From assembly GCA_022750295.1 (NCBI GenBank), contig JAKIVZ010000002.1, forward strand, positions 80,989 to 144,988: a stretch of 64,000 nucleotides of DNA. The letters run 5' to 3'. Source of the DNA: Candidatus Lutacidiplasma silvani. GTDB taxonomy: Archaea > Thermoplasmatota > Thermoplasmata > Lutacidiplasmatales > UBA184. The notes beneath the pieces were generated by a model. The model made no database searches, was not told the origin of the DNA, and saw only the letters and a program-made list of their open reading frames with translations. A program made the position numbers and the translations under genes. This document shows, one piece after another, positions 63,443-64,000 of this stretch; position 1 is the first letter of the stretch, and each line of letters begins with the position of its first letter.

Positions 63443-63955
63443 TTAGAGTCGTCGACCGACGCGGGTCAGCGCCTTCCGGTCGAGCCGCCAGGCGAGCGTG
63501 CCGCCGCCGGCCCGAATCGCCTTCGGGAACTCGACGGCGGCCGTTCCGGCGCGACCCAACCGAGTGACCGATACCGCATCGCCGGCGATGGCGAGACCCA
63601 CGAGCTCGCCGAGTTGCGGCTCGTGGCCGACGAGCAGGACCGTAGCGCGACGGGTCCCGTCCTCGGCCAATCGTTCGAGGAGAGGCGCGGCGGGGGCCCC
63701 GGGGGCAAGTTCGGGCCAGTCGATCAGTTTCGACCGGACGCCCAGGGTGTTCCGGAGGATCTCCGCCGTGGCGCGGGCGCGGGTCGCGGGGCTGGTGAGG
63801 ATCGTCCCGACCTGGCGCTCCAGGGCCGCGATTCCGGCGGCGGCGTCCCGCGTCTCACGACGACCGTCGCGGGACAACGGTCGCAAGTCGTCGTTCGACC
63901 ACCGTCGGGGGTCGCGCGATTCCGCCGGGCCATGCCGGACAATCAGGAGGCGCAC
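63443..63955 (-). CDS. histidine phosphatase superfamily protein (SixA/phosphoglycerate-mutase-like)
   Basis: LLIVRHGPA (RHG catalytic motif) and LLVGHEPQLG (second His). Confidence 0.7.
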   Translation of the reverse strand: MRLLIVRHGPAESRDPRRWSNDDLRPLSRDGRRETRDAAAGIAALERQVGTILTSPATRARATAEILRNTLGVRSKLIDWPELAPGAPAAPLLERLAEDGTRRATVLLVGHEPQLGELVGLAIAGDAVSVTRLGRAGTAAVEFPKAIRAGGGTLAWRLDRKALTRVGRRL

Positions 63956-63965
63956 GGGGACCGCC

Positions 63966-64000
63966 TCAGTCTTCGGCGTCGAGGATCGCTTCGAGCTTCG
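63966..64000 (-). CDS. 3' end of a gene continuing beyond the window (last 11 codons)
   Basis: Minus-strand reading frame ends ...KLEAILDAED with TGA at 63966-63968. Confidence 0.2.
   Translation of the reverse strand, partial: KLEAILDAED

Noticed and set aside
1-64000. CRISPR arrays, rRNA genes, IS elements, integrases and prophage genes
   Set aside because: No direct-repeat arrays, no rRNA-like conserved stretches, and no transposase or integrase motifs (DDE, tyrosine recombinase R..H..R..Y) were seen in any convincing ORF.

Overview
This 64 kb window is GC-rich (about 68-70% by eye) and is densely packed with archaeal housekeeping and energy-metabolism genes on both strands. I found no rRNA, CRISPR array, transposase or integrase. 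The proteasome alpha subunit N-terminus is nearly identical to the Thermoplasma acidophilum one, and the terminal oxidase cluster is SoxM/sulfocyanin-type; both point to an archaeon, possibly related to Thermoplasmatota, though that assignment is tentative.

Main blocks, in order:
- 1-10.9 kb: a SoxM-like terminal oxidase/bc-complex cluster. It has coxB, a sulfocyanin-like blue copper protein, an AbrB-PhoU regulator, tatA-tatC-tatA2, a Rieske protein, cytochrome b, two small membrane proteins, coxA, ctaA and ctaB.
- 11.9-15.7 kb: tRNA-Pro(GGG), rlmE, pcm, a TIM-barrel protein, a SIS-domain (PHI-like) protein and pdaD.
- 16-27 kb: rnhB, a DapA-family protein, rps8e, srp19, a GPN-loop GTPase, Mrp/ApbC, a fused ADP-forming acetyl-CoA synthetase, moaD/moaE and korAB.
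- 28-32 kb: a glycan-assembly pair, a GT-C-like membrane protein and a Wzx-like flippase.
- 33-40 kb: DedA, a MacB-like ABC pair, pyrC and purM.
- 40.8-44 kb: a udg-polB operon.
- 44-47 kb: rps12-rps7-fusA.
- 47.4-55.6 kb: the conserved archaeal exosome/proteasome superoperon (radB, RNase J, rpoP, rpl37ae, rrp42, rrp41, rrp4, sdo1, psmA), with an inserted HEPN/MNT toxin-antitoxin pair.
- 58.7-63.4 kb: a five-gene translationally coupled operon: XRE-type regulator, TraB-like protein, Ppx/GppA exopolyphosphatase and two tandem thymidylate-kinase-like paralogs.

The operon at 58.7-63.4 kb is my main candidate for a polyphosphate-synthesis module. It would be a two-subunit Tmk-like polyphosphate kinase, which as far as I recall has only recently been described, if at all. 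Many long Arg/Pro-rich ORFs in the six-frame track are antisense or alternate-frame artefacts of the high GC content and I rejected them.
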